DNA from: Solirubrobacteraceae bacterium
Lineage (GTDB): Bacteria > Actinomycetota > Thermoleophilia > Solirubrobacterales > Solirubrobacteraceae
DNA: 64,000 nt
Reading direction: 5' to 3'
NCBI GenBank assembly: GCA_035314465.1
Contig: DATFZM010000010.1
Location: forward strand, 16,181 to 80,180
Shown here piece by piece: positions 8,341-17,875 of this stretch (the first letter of the stretch is position 1; every line of letters starts with the position of its first letter). The notes beneath the pieces were generated by a model. It was not told the origin of the DNA and did no database searches. It worked only from the letters and a program-made list of their open reading frames with translations. A program made the translations under genes and the position numbers.

Positions 8341-9249
8341 TCAGGCTCGCAGCTCGCCCACCCCGACGATCACCGACCAGCCGCCGACCTCGACGCGCTC
8401 GAGTCGCTCGCCCGAGCCGAGGGCACGGGCGAAGAGCTGCGAGGGTCGGCCGATCTCCGCGCCCTGGCTGATCTCGATTTCCTGTCCGAAGGCGATGCGG
8501 CCGTGGCGCGCGAGATGCACCGCGAGCGGCCCCGCGGCCGATCCCGTTGCGGGATCCTCCGGCACGCCGAGGCCGGGCGCGAACATGCGCGAGCGCACGC
8601 GCGCGCCCTCAGCGGCGAAGCAGCTCACGCAGAGCGCGCCGAGCGAGCACAGCGCAGCAAGATCGGGGCGCAGCGCAGCGACCTCCTGCTCGCTCTCGAG
8701 CGCCACGTAGACCTGGCGCGGCCCGTTGCGGTAGACCTCGACCGGCAGGCTCGAGCCCGTCAGCGAGAGCGCCCGCAACAGCTCGCCCGCGGCCTCGAAC
8801 GGCTCCCACGTCGGCAGCGGCTGTTGCATCCGCCCGAACGTCGCGCGACCCTGGGCTGCGCCGATCTCGACCGTCACGGGTCCCCCGCCGGTCTCCAGCG
8901 TGACGCTCTCGCGGCCCAACGCGCCGGCCACGACGACGGCCGAGCCCAGCACCGGATGCCCCGCGAACGGCAGCTCGGTGGTCGGGGTGAAGATGCGAGC
9001 GCCCACGTCGCCCTCGAGCCGCGGGGATGAGAGGAACACGCTCTCGGACAGGTTGAGCTCGCGCGCTATCTCCTGCATGCGCGCGCCCTGCAGCTCGGCG
9101 GCGTCGGTGAACACCGCCACCGGGTTGCCCTGCAGCGGCGTCTGCGTGAACACATCGAGCACGAGGTAGCGCAGCGCCCGCTCGCGCGCGCTCGCGCCTT
9201 GCGGCGGGAAGGGGTCGAACTCGCGAAGCGATCCAACGGCGTCGCCCAT
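8341..9249 (-). CDS. PhzF family isomerase
   Basis: 'DVFTQTPLQGNPVAVF', 'LNLSESVF', 'ELPFAGHP', 'EDPATGSA'. Confidence 0.9.
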   Translation of the reverse strand: MGDAVGSLREFDPFPPQGASARERALRYLVLDVFTQTPLQGNPVAVFTDAAELQGARMQEIARELNLSESVFLSSPRLEGDVGARIFTPTTELPFAGHPVLGSAVVVAGALGRESVTLETGGGPVTVEIGAAQGRATFGRMQQPLPTWEPFEAAGELLRALSLTGSSLPVEVYRNGPRQVYVALESEQEVAALRPDLAALCSLGALCVSCFAAEGARVRSRMFAPGLGVPEDPATGSAAGPLAVHLARHGRIAFGQEIEISQGAEIGRPSQLFARALGSGERLERVEVGGWSVIVGVGELRA

Positions 9250-9321
9250 GGAGTCAGGCTAGGGCGGCGCGGCAGTCGGTGTAGGCTCGTCGCACCTGGC
9301 AAGCACGCGGAGGGAGCGCAG

Positions 9322-10107
9322 ATGAGCGTTGTCGAACGGGAACTGCAGGACGGCGTGGCGTTGCTCACCCTCAACCGTCCGGAGCGGCTCAACGCCTGGA
9401 CGGGTGAGATGGAGCTGCTCTACTTCGACCTGCTCGAAGCGTGCGCCGAGGACCCCGAGGTGCGCGCCGTGGTCGTCACCGGCGCCGGTCGCGGGTTCTG
9501 TGCCGGGGCCGACATGCAGGACCTGCAGGCGCTCGGCAACGGCTCGACCGACGAGGTCGAAGCCCCGACCGAGCGTCGCCCGCAGAGCCTGCCGCTGTCG
9601 ATCCCCAAGCCGATCATCGCCGCGATCAACGGCCCCTGCGCGGGGATCGGGCTCGTGCAGGCGCTCATGTGCGACATCCGCTTCGCCGCGCAGGGAGCGA
9701 AGTTCACGACCGCGTTCGCACGGCGGGGCCTGGTCGCCGAGCATGGGATCTCCTGGATCCTGCCGCGGCTCCTCGGGCCCGCGCGGGCGCTCGACCTGCT
9801 GCTCTCGGGCCGCGTCGTGCTCGCGGAGGAGGCGTGCGCGCTCGGGCTCGTCAACCGCGCGCTCGCCCCCGCTGAGCTTCTCGATGCCGCGCTCGCCTAC
9901 GCGCGCGAGCTTGCAGCGAACTGCTCGCCTGCGAGCATGGCCGCGATGAAGCGCCAGGTCTACGAGGACCTGGAGCGCGGGCTGGCAGAGGCGACCGCCA
10001 ACGCCGACCGCCTCATGCTGCGGTCATTCGCCGCCCCGGACTTCCGCGAGGGGGTCGCGAGCTTCGTCGAGCGCCGCGAGCCGCATTTCGCCTCGCTGGC
10101 CGGCTAG
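9322..10107 (+). CDS. Enoyl-CoA hydratase/isomerase family protein
   Basis: 'LTLNRPERLNA', 'TGAGRGFCAGADM', 'KPIIAAINGPCAG', 'DFREGVASF'. Confidence 0.92.
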   Translation: MSVVERELQDGVALLTLNRPERLNAWTGEMELLYFDLLEACAEDPEVRAVVVTGAGRGFCAGADMQDLQALGNGSTDEVEAPTERRPQSLPLSIPKPIIAAINGPCAGIGLVQALMCDIRFAAQGAKFTTAFARRGLVAEHGISWILPRLLGPARALDLLLSGRVVLAEEACALGLVNRALAPAELLDAALAYARELAANCSPASMAAMKRQVYEDLERGLAEATANADRLMLRSFAAPDFREGVASFVERREPHFASLAG

Positions 10108-10886
10108 CGGTCGCCTTCGAGCAGGCGGAACCGCACCCCGCCGAGCGTGAACGAATCCGCTTTCGCGGGCGGGTTCGGCGTGGGTGCGAGAGCGATCTCG
10201 ACGAGGCCGTAGCGGCCCTCGGACGCGCTCGATGTGAAGCGCACCTCGCTGCCGTCGAGCGCCAGGACGGGCTCCTCGCCGGCCGCCGGCTCGGCAACGC
10301 CGAGCACGTGCGCCCAGCGTGCGGCCACGCTATCCGGGTCCGCGACCGCGAGCGTCACCGCCGCGAGGCGCAGCGGCGCGCCCTGACCCTTGCGCCCGGT
10401 CCATTCGGGCCCTCCCCAGCGCCACGTGCCCTCGGGCTCCGAGCGGTCGATCGAGACGATCGCGCCGCCGATGTCACCCGGATGCAGGTGTGTGCCCGAG
10501 ATGTCGGCCAGGTCAACCCGCCAGACGACCCGGATCCCGAGCGCTGCCGCGCGCTCGCGCGCGGCAGCGAGCTCGCGTACGTCGAAGAGGACCATGTAGC
10601 CCCCGTCGCCGTGGCGCTCGAGATAGCGCCCGCCCGCCGTGCCCGGCTGCGTGGGTGAGACGACCTCGAGGAAGCAGTCATCGAGCGCGAACACGACGTT
10701 CTCCAGGCCGAACTCCTTTACGCCCGGGTCGCGGAACGGCTCGCGCAGCGCGAGCCGCTCACGAAGCTCCTCTGCGAGCGGTTCCAGCTCGCGCGCCACG
10801 AGCACCGCCTGGCGCAGCCTCACGCCGGCCGCAGCATCTCCCACGCCGGCCGCAGCGTCTCCAACGCCGGCCTCAGCATCGCCCAT
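10104..10886 (-). CDS. VOC/glyoxalase-like protein
   Basis: 'RLRQAVLVA..DPGVKEFGLEN..FLEVVSP..GDGGYMV..HLHPGDIGGAIVSID..WRWGGPEW'. Start uncertain. Confidence 0.75.
   Translation of the reverse strand: MGDAEAGVGDAAAGVGDAAAGVRLRQAVLVARELEPLAEELRERLALREPFRDPGVKEFGLENVVFALDDCFLEVVSPTQPGTAGGRYLERHGDGGYMVLFDVRELAAARERAAALGIRVVWRVDLADISGTHLHPGDIGGAIVSIDRSEPEGTWRWGGPEWTGRKGQGAPLRLAAVTLAVADPDSVAARWAHVLGVAEPAAGEEPVLALDGSEVRFTSSASEGRYGLVEIALAPTPNPPAKADSFTLGGVRFRLLEGDR
10821..10883. repeat. 3 x 21-bp tandem repeat encoding GDA(A/E)AGV
   Basis: cacgccggccgcagcatctcc / cacgccggccgcagcgtctcc / aacgccggcctcagcatcgcc. Confidence 0.85.
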
Positions 10887-11006
10887 GGCCGCGAAGGCTA
10901 CCGTCCGCCGCCCGCTCCCACCGATCGCCGTCGCCGCCGAGATAATCATGCGATCGCAGAAGACAGCCCGCACCCCCAGCCGCGCCCTGTCCGTCGGAGG
11001 CGCTCG

Positions 11007-11504
11007 GTGCGCATCGAGCGCACCGGCGAGTGGATGGTCTCGGGAGGAGATCCGGCCGCCGCCGTATACGGCCTGCTCGCGATCGGCGCCCTGATGGCGG
11101 CCGAGAGCGGTCACCACGAGACGCACCTCGACACCTTCCTCTCGGCGCTCGTCGCCGCGCTCAGCTACTGGCTGCTGCACGCCTACGCGAGGATGCTCGG
11201 GCGCCGCATGATCGCCGGCGAGCATCTGCGCCCGAGCCTGCTCGCCGAGGCGCTCGGGCGCGAACGCCTGCTGCTCGCGGGCGCCGCGGTCCCGACGGGC
11301 GTGCTGCTGATCGCGTGGGCCGCCGGCGCCTCGCGCGACGCCGCCGTAAACGACGCACTTTGGAGCGCGGTCATAGGCGTGGTCCTGTTCGAGCTCTTCG
11401 CCGCCATGCGTGCACGGTCCTCGCGGCGCGAACTCGCGCTGGACGTGGGCATTGGTCTGATGCTCGGCCTGGCAATCCTCGCTCTGCGCGTCCTGCTGCA
11501 CTAG
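11007..11504 (+). CDS. Integral membrane protein of unknown function
   Basis: About five hydrophobic segments; 'AVYGLL..SYWLLHAYA..LRVLLH'. Confidence 0.7.
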   Translation: MRIERTGEWMVSGGDPAAAVYGLLAIGALMAAESGHHETHLDTFLSALVAALSYWLLHAYARMLGRRMIAGEHLRPSLLAEALGRERLLLAGAAVPTGVLLIAWAAGASRDAAVNDALWSAVIGVVLFELFAAMRARSSRRELALDVGIGLMLGLAILALRVLLH

Positions 11505-11587
11505 CGACTGTCCCGCCGCTGCAGATTCCGGCGGAGTCCAGTTAATGGATCAATACGGTTCATTCGACTGTACACTGCCGTTCTGCA

Positions 11588-12907
11588 ATGCAGACAAAAC
11601 GCCTCATCGCCGCGGGACCGCTGTATGCGCGCCTGCCGCGCGGTCCCCACCGCCTTGGCCGCCGCGCGGTGCTGCTCAACCAGCGCGCGCGCCTGCACGG
11701 CGCGATGATCGAAGCCGTCGCCGAGGCCGGCTACGAGGCGACCAGCGTCAAGCGTGTGATCGCGCTCGCCGGCGTATCCCGACGAGCCTTCTACGAACAG
11801 TTCGCCAATCGCCAGGACTGCTTCCTCGCGACCTTCGACGCGATCGCTGCGCATGCCTTCTCGCGCGCGCGCAGCGCCTGTCTCGCCGCCGACGGATCGC
11901 GCGATCGACGCCTGCGGGCGGCGTTCGGGGCGCTTGCCCGGGACGCAGCGGCGCACCCCGCGGCCGCGACGCTCGTCGCGGTGGAGATCGAGACCTGCGG
12001 GCTCGCAGGCGTCGCGAGGCTACGCCGCGTAGGTGCGAGCTGCGAGCCGGCGCTCGCCCGCGCGCTGTGGCGCGAGCCCGCGCCCGTTCCCGCGCCGCTC
12101 GTTCGCGGCGTCGTCGGGGGCGTGCATGCGATCATCGCGGCCCACCTCACGCTCGAGGGCGCGCGGCCGCGGTCTTCGCTGCCTGACGCTCTGCTCGCGT
12201 GGACGCTCCCGTTCGCCGCCGGCCTCGCACCCTCGCAGGCCGCGCAGATGGCGCGGGAGGCCGCCGCCGTGCTGCGCGAAGCCAGCGCGGCGCCGGTGAG
12301 CCGCGCACCCGCATCGCCGCGGCACGCGCCCGAGCACCGGGCGCTGCAGCGCGCGGCGCTGCGCCTGGCCGCGCTGGGCGAGTTTCGCGACGTTGCACCC
12401 GCGAGGATCGCCGACGAGGCCCGCGTCCCTGTGGAGAGCTTTCACGCGAGCTTCGCCGACCCCGACGCCTGCTTCGCGACCGGGCTCGAGGAACTGGCCT
12501 GCGAGCTGCTCGAGAGCGTCGAGGAGCCGCTCGCCTCGGCGGATAGCTGGCCGGCATGCGTGCGCGACGCGGTCGGCGCTCTGCTGGCTCATCTCGTCGA
12601 TCAACCCCTCAGCGCTCACACGATCTCACGCGGCGCGTTCTCCGTCGGCGCGCCGGCGGTGCGTCGCAACCGCGCCCTCGCGCGCGCGATCGCAGCGCGG
12701 CTGCTGCGCGACGCGCCCGCCGACTGCGCACCGGCGCTCATCGACGGCGCCGCGGGAGCGCTCTGGCACACGATCGGCTGCCAGGTCGCCGGCGGACGCG
12801 CGCAGCTGCTCCCGGCGCTGCGCGACTACCTCACCTACCTGCTCATCACGCCCGCGCTCGGGGCCGAGAGCGCCGCCGAGCTCGGTGCCTCACGCGCGCT
12901 CGACTAA
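11588..12907 (+). CDS. Tandem (two-module) TetR/AcrR family regulator
   Basis: 'LPRGPH..NQRARLHGAMIEAVAEAGYEATSV..AGVSRRAFYEQF' and a second degenerate HTH 'IADEARVPVESFHASF'. Confidence 0.8.
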   Translation: MQTKRLIAAGPLYARLPRGPHRLGRRAVLLNQRARLHGAMIEAVAEAGYEATSVKRVIALAGVSRRAFYEQFANRQDCFLATFDAIAAHAFSRARSACLAADGSRDRRLRAAFGALARDAAAHPAAATLVAVEIETCGLAGVARLRRVGASCEPALARALWREPAPVPAPLVRGVVGGVHAIIAAHLTLEGARPRSSLPDALLAWTLPFAAGLAPSQAAQMAREAAAVLREASAAPVSRAPASPRHAPEHRALQRAALRLAALGEFRDVAPARIADEARVPVESFHASFADPDACFATGLEELACELLESVEEPLASADSWPACVRDAVGALLAHLVDQPLSAHTISRGAFSVGAPAVRRNRALARAIAARLLRDAPADCAPALIDGAAGALWHTIGCQVAGGRAQLLPALRDYLTYLLITPALGAESAAELGASRALD

Positions 12908-13167
12908 CCGCGCCGGCGGCTGATGCGTTCGGCCATGTACGTGAGCACAATCCCGGCGAGCACGGAGATCACGATCACGAGGATCAGGGGCGCGTGGCCC
13001 GAGCCGAAGATCCAATCGACCTTCACTTCTTCGAGGTTCAGAACCGCAAACAGGGTCGCGATCACCGCCAGCGCCAGCATCCCCCCCGTGCGGGCGAGGT
13101 CCCGCGTGCCGCGTTTGCCCGCCGGCTTGGTCTCGGGGGTGGGCTTCTGAGGGGAGGGCGCTGACAT
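12904..13167 (-). CDS. LapA/DUF1049-like small membrane protein
   Basis: Two TM helices flanking 'FAVLNLEEVKVDWIFG..APLILV'. Confidence 0.7.
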   Translation of the reverse strand: MSAPSPQKPTPETKPAGKRGTRDLARTGGMLALAVIATLFAVLNLEEVKVDWIFGSGHAPLILVIVISVLAGIVLTYMAERISRRRG

Positions 13168-13319
13168 CCCGATCTGCGTTGATCGTAGCCGCCGTACCCC
13201 TAACGGCGCCGCGCTGCGCGCCTCCCCGGGCCGATAGGAGCGGCAGCGTCAGCGACCTCGCGGTGCCGGGCGCGCCGCATCCGAGGAGGCCCGGCGCCGG
13301 CGGCGAATACCATGGCACG

Positions 13320-13982
13320 ATGAAGCTCTACCTCGTGCGCGGCGCGGCGGCGGGGGCGCTCGCGCTTGCGAGCACCGCCCTGCTCGCCGCTTGCGGCTCG
13401 CAGACCGACACCGTCAGCGCCACGAACACGGTCCCCGCAGCGCAGGCGGCGACCGCGACGCAGACGAGCACGGCTGCGACGACGCCCGCGAGCACCGCAG
13501 CGACGCCCGCAACTCGGAGCTCTGGCTCGGGTGGGACCCCCGCCGAAACCACCCGCACGGCCAGCGAGCCGGCCTTCACCGAACACGAATCCCACTCCGA
13601 AGGCGCCGCGGGGGCCGCGGCCGTAGTGCGCGCGCACGGTTACACCCCCAGCGACACATCCGAATATCACTCAAATCAAACGCTCAGGGTGCTGATCGGG
13701 ACCCGTACCGGCTCGGGCGACGGTTACGGTCAGCAGGCGTTCTTCTTCGTCGACGGCCGCTACATCGGCACCGACACCAAGGAACCGAGCGCCTCCGTGA
13801 AGGTCGTCTCGCAGGGAGACACCGAAGTCACCCTCGCCTATCCCCTCTACCGCAGCAACGACCCGCTCTGCTGCCCCGGCGGCGGCCAGGCGACGGTCCA
13901 CTTCCAGCTCAACAACGGCCGGCTCTCGCCGCTGGAGGCGATCCCGCCGGCGAGCTCCAAGACCTCCCTCAGCCGCTACTGA
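13320..13982 (+). CDS. LppP/LprE family lipoprotein
   Basis: Lipobox 'LLAAC', Thr/Ala-rich linker, 'QAFFFVDGRYIGTDT..DPLCCP'. Confidence 0.75.
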   Translation: MKLYLVRGAAAGALALASTALLAACGSQTDTVSATNTVPAAQAATATQTSTAATTPASTAATPATRSSGSGGTPAETTRTASEPAFTEHESHSEGAAGAAAVVRAHGYTPSDTSEYHSNQTLRVLIGTRTGSGDGYGQQAFFFVDGRYIGTDTKEPSASVKVVSQGDTEVTLAYPLYRSNDPLCCPGGGQATVHFQLNNGRLSPLEAIPPASSKTSLSRY

Positions 13983-14099
13983 GGTGCGATCCTCGTCCCG
14001 GCCGGAGGCGTCGCGGACCGGCGCAGCGCGCGCCGCTCCACGCGGGTTGACAAGCGCCTATCGTGGGGACTCACAACTCACGAGCGAAAGGGGACGCCG

Positions 14100-14501
14100 A
14101 TGGGCGTAAAGGTCGAAGGGCGCGGCGCGGAGCTATTGGAGGGCAAGAACTTCTGCAACGTCGCGACGCTTCGCGGCGATGGCACCGTGCATGGCGTTCC
14201 CGTGTGGGTCGACGTGCAGGACGGGCGGCCCGTGCTCAACACGGCCGAGGGACGGGCGTGGCCCCGCAACCTCGAACGCGATCCGCGGGTCACGCTGACC
14301 GTGCAGAACATGGAGAACCCATACGAGTACCTCGAGGTGCGCGGGCGCGTGGCCGAGCGCACGCACGACGGCGCCGACGAGCACATAGACGCGCTCGCGA
14401 AGAAGTACATGGGCGTCGACGAGTACCCCCTGCGCCAGCCGGGCGAACAGCGGGTGATCATCCGCGTCGAGCCCGAACACGTTCACGTATTCGGCGGCTG
14501 A
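14100..14501 (+). CDS. PPOX-class F420-dependent oxidoreductase
   Basis: 'VATLRGDG..PVWV..NTAEGR..NLERDPRV..NPYEYLEVRG..HIDALAKKY'. Confidence 0.9.
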   Translation: MGVKVEGRGAELLEGKNFCNVATLRGDGTVHGVPVWVDVQDGRPVLNTAEGRAWPRNLERDPRVTLTVQNMENPYEYLEVRGRVAERTHDGADEHIDALAKKYMGVDEYPLRQPGEQRVIIRVEPEHVHVFGG

Positions 14502-14775
14502 GGGCCCCGCGTAGCAGCCACCGCCAGGTCGAGCGCGGCGACGGCTGCAGGCGTAGCCACTCGTCCCTGAGCCTCAATTCGCCGCGCGCGCGGGCCTTTA
14601 GGACGCAGTCCGTATGCGCGTGGCGGCGGCGGCGGGTATCGCCCTCGGGCGCGATCAGCATATGCTCGCTCAGGGCAGGCAAGGGATGACCACAGAACGG
14701 ACAGCGATACGTCGACGGCTTGCGGTTCGCCGCTCGGCGCACCGTCCACCAGCGGGCCGCGGGAAGAGCGGACAT
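14458..14775 (-). CDS. Small hypothetical protein with CxxC...HxHxxC (possible Zn binding)
   Basis: 'TYRCPFC..EHMLIAPEGD..RRHAHTDC'. Confidence 0.55.
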   Translation of the reverse strand: MSALPAARWWTVRRAANRKPSTYRCPFCGHPLPALSEHMLIAPEGDTRRRRHAHTDCVLKARARGELRLRDEWLRLQPSPRSTWRWLLRGALSRRIRERVRARRG

Positions 14776-14784
14776 CGCTCAATT

Positions 14785-15876
14785 GTGGCGCCCCTCGCCG
14801 CCACGCTCGCGGCCACCTTCGCCGTCGGGGTCGGCGTCGCGATCGCGCGCAGCAGCCGCGCGCGCAACGCGCGGACGCCGCCGCCTCCCGAACCGCACTT
14901 CGCGCTGCTGCCGGGCGAGAGGCTCGCGCCCGGCCTCAGGCGCATAGCAACCGAGCAGTGCGATCTGGCGATCGCGCTGCTCGGCGGCAACGGAGCGCTC
15001 CCCGACGAGCACGCGGTGCACGAGACGCGCAAGGCGCTCAAGCGGCTTCGCACGCTCGTGCGGCTGCTCGAGGACGAGCTCGGAGAGCAGGTCTACGCCC
15101 GCGAGAGCGCGAGCCTGCGCACGATCGCCGCGCGTCTTGCGGGAGCCCGCGACGCGGAGGTGATGCACGACACGCTGGAGACGCTGATACGCCGCCATCC
15201 CCGCAAGCTTCGCCGGCGCAGGGGCGTGGCGAAGCTGCGCAAGCGCCTCGCCGCCGAGCACGCGAGGGCGAGCGCGAGCACGCTCGGCGACGCGGGCACG
15301 CTCGCCCCGGCGCTCGCCGAACTGCAGGCCTTCCGCTTGCGGGCAACATCATGGCCGCTGGGCGACCGCAACGGCTTGACGCTCGTCGAGCCGGGCCTGC
15401 GCGGTGTCTATGCCAAGGGCCGCCGCCGGCGGCGGCGCGCCGCGCGCGCCAAGCGCAACCGCGACATCGTCATGCACGAATGGCGCAAACGCGTCAAGGA
15501 CCTGCGCTACGCCGCCGAACTGCTCCAGCGCAGCGCCCCCGCCGGCGAGCGCCGCCGCGCGAGTCCCAACGGACGCGCCCGCCTGCGCCCGGCCAAGCGC
15601 CTCGCTCGCACCGCAAGCCGCGCCGATGAGCTCGGCGAACTGCTCGGCGAGGACCACGACCTCGCGCTGCTCGCCCAGCTCGTCCGCGACGGCAGCGCGG
15701 GCGTGCGCGTGCCCCGCCGCACGCGCAGGGCGCTGCTCAAGCTGATCGCCAGGCGGCGCCGCGCGCTGCGCACGCGCGCGCTGCGCATCGGCGAGAAGCT
15801 CTACCGGAAGCGCGCGAAGACGTTCATCCGCGATGCTCGAGCCGACTTCAAGCGCCAGCGGGCCGTGCTCAGGTGA
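14785..15876 (+). CDS. CHAD domain protein
   Basis: 'AVHETRKALKRLR', 'RDAEV', 'HEWRKRVKDLRY', 'LGEDHDL'. Start uncertain. Confidence 0.85.
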   Translation: MAPLAATLAATFAVGVGVAIARSSRARNARTPPPPEPHFALLPGERLAPGLRRIATEQCDLAIALLGGNGALPDEHAVHETRKALKRLRTLVRLLEDELGEQVYARESASLRTIAARLAGARDAEVMHDTLETLIRRHPRKLRRRRGVAKLRKRLAAEHARASASTLGDAGTLAPALAELQAFRLRATSWPLGDRNGLTLVEPGLRGVYAKGRRRRRRAARAKRNRDIVMHEWRKRVKDLRYAAELLQRSAPAGERRRASPNGRARLRPAKRLARTASRADELGELLGEDHDLALLAQLVRDGSAGVRVPRRTRRALLKLIARRRRALRTRALRIGEKLYRKRAKTFIRDARADFKRQRAVLR

Positions 15877-16342
15877 TGCTCACGACCGTCAGCTGACGTT
15901 CGCCGCGCGGCAGCGAGACCGACACCAGATCGCCCGGAGCGCGGCCCAGCAGCGCGACCGCGAGCGGCGATTCAGCCGACAGGCGACCCTCCCTCGGCGC
16001 CGCGTCGTGGGAGCTCACGATGCGCCAGGTCTGCTCCCCGCCATCCTGATCGGCGACCACGACCGTCGAGCCGAAGCCGACCACCTCCGCGCCGAAGCCC
16101 GCACCTTCCTCGACTATCACCGCCTCCGCGATCCGTTCGCGCAGCCGCGCGATCTTCGTCTCGAGATGGGCCTGGTCGTTCTTGGCGTCGTGGTACTCGC
16201 TGTTCTCCTTCAGGTCGCCCCACTCGCGCGCGGTCTTGATCCGCTCGGCGATCTCGCGCCGGCCGCCCGACTCGAGCTCCTCCAGCTCGAGCTGCAGAGC
16301 ACGCAGGCCCTCGGCGGTCGTGAAGTTGGTCGCTTCGGGCAC
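15869..16342 (-). CDS. greA: Transcription elongation factor GreA
   Basis: 'AREWGDLKENSEYHDAK', 'SAESPLAVALLG'. Confidence 0.92.
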   Translation of the reverse strand: MPEATNFTTAEGLRALQLELEELESGGRREIAERIKTAREWGDLKENSEYHDAKNDQAHLETKIARLRERIAEAVIVEEGAGFGAEVVGFGSTVVVADQDGGEQTWRIVSSHDAAPREGRLSAESPLAVALLGRAPGDLVSVSLPRGERQLTVVSIT

Positions 16343-16397
16343 ATCGTCAGCCTACCCCACCGCGAGCTACAGCCCTCGCGGCGAAGGGAGCGGGGAG

Positions 16398-17768
16398 CTA
16401 GAAGTACGTGCTCGGCGACGAGGACAGCAGCGCGTAGATCTGTACGATCGCCGACTGCACCAGCAGCTGCTCGCCGGCTGGCGAGCCGGCCACGAACACG
16501 TCGTTGCTGAGCCTCAGGTTCCGCCACGCGTAGTCGACGTAGGCCTGCGCGATCTTAGGCCCCGGCGGATCATGGGTAACGGAGTCCAGATACAGCAGGT
16601 TGCGGAAGTACACCGCCGGGAAGAACGGGATCTCTTCACCCAGCCGCTGGGGGGTGAAGTAGGCCAGCGCCGCCTTCGCGGTCTGGCGCGCCTGGTAGAG
16701 GTAGGCCGAGTTTCCAGTGGCCTTATAGAGCAGGGTGCCCGCGCCGATCATCGTGCCCTGGTTGTAGCTCCACAGCGTCGGTTCGACCACGCCCTGGCGG
16801 TCGATGTGGTCGGCGTAGAGTCCGCTGGGCTGCAACAGGCATCTGCGCACCCATTCGTAGGCCATTTCGGCGAACTGCAGGTATGCGGGGTTGCGCGTCA
16901 CTCCGTAGAGCTGCAGCGCCAGCTCGGCCGCAGGCCCCGTGGTGACCGTGTTGCGCTGCGTGTTTTCGATCGTGTTCGAGAACGGGATCCCGCCCGGGCA
17001 GGCGAGTTCCGGGCTCGACTGCCAGCCCGACATCTCGAAGGCCATGATCCCCTCGGCGCTGCCCAGGGACGAGGCGCTGTGCGTGAGCTTGTAGAGGCGC
17101 ACGAGCTCGATGCCCACCCAATCGTTGTCGTCGTAGTACTTCGGGCCGCCGGGGCCGTCCGGCGGGACCACCGTCCCGTCGAAGGCGGGCAGGGTGCTCG
17201 AGTAGGTGCCTTCCGGCGCGCCCGAGTTGTTCGTATCGAGGTAGAACCGCAGCCCGACCACGCGCGCGGTCAGTTCGGGGGCCATCATCTTCGCCAGCGC
17301 CGGCACGTTCGCGACGCTGATCGTCGCCGCGAGCGCCTGCGAGAAGGGCCACAGGAACGAGAACGGTTCGCCGTCGTAGAGCCCCGATCCCGCGATGTAG
17401 TAATGCTGCTGCATCGCCTGGAAGGCCACCAGCGCGCGCGCCGGATCTCCGTGGAGCACCAGCTTCTTGCGCTTCTTCGGCTTCTTCGCGGCACTCCGCG
17501 AGCTGGCTGCGGCGGGCGAGGCCAGCGCGTGAACCCGTGCCCCGCGGCGCGCCCTCGCCAGCTGCGCCGGCGTGAGCGTCAGCAGGGGGCGCTCCGCGCC
17601 CGCAGGATATGGCGAGCGCGCCGCGCCGGCGCGCCCGCTCGGGCCTCCCCGGGCGCCCGCCGCATGGGCCGTGCCGACGACCAGCACGCACCCGCACGCG
17701 AAAGCCAGCAACGCGCAGATCGCCGCGCGCGAGCGCCGGATGTGGTCGAACGTGCCTCGCAACATCAC
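16398..17768 (-). CDS. Secreted glycoside hydrolase family 76-like protein
   Basis: Signal-like N-term; 'YYDDNDW' catalytic DD; 'GLYADHI..WSYNQG'. Confidence 0.75.
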   Translation of the reverse strand: MMLRGTFDHIRRSRAAICALLAFACGCVLVVGTAHAAGARGGPSGRAGAARSPYPAGAERPLLTLTPAQLARARRGARVHALASPAAASSRSAAKKPKKRKKLVLHGDPARALVAFQAMQQHYYIAGSGLYDGEPFSFLWPFSQALAATISVANVPALAKMMAPELTARVVGLRFYLDTNNSGAPEGTYSSTLPAFDGTVVPPDGPGGPKYYDDNDWVGIELVRLYKLTHSASSLGSAEGIMAFEMSGWQSSPELACPGGIPFSNTIENTQRNTVTTGPAAELALQLYGVTRNPAYLQFAEMAYEWVRRCLLQPSGLYADHIDRQGVVEPTLWSYNQGTMIGAGTLLYKATGNSAYLYQARQTAKAALAYFTPQRLGEEIPFFPAVYFRNLLYLDSVTHDPPGPKIAQAYVDYAWRNLRLSNDVFVAGSPAGEQLLVQSAIVQIYALLSSSPSTYF

Positions 17769-17875
17769 TCAGCTCGCACAACAACCGACCGCGCTATTCG
17801 ATTTGGTATACGCATGGCGGCTTTCAGGCGGCAAGCATCCGCTCCGCGGCGGGCGAGCCCCTCGGGCATCGTGCC

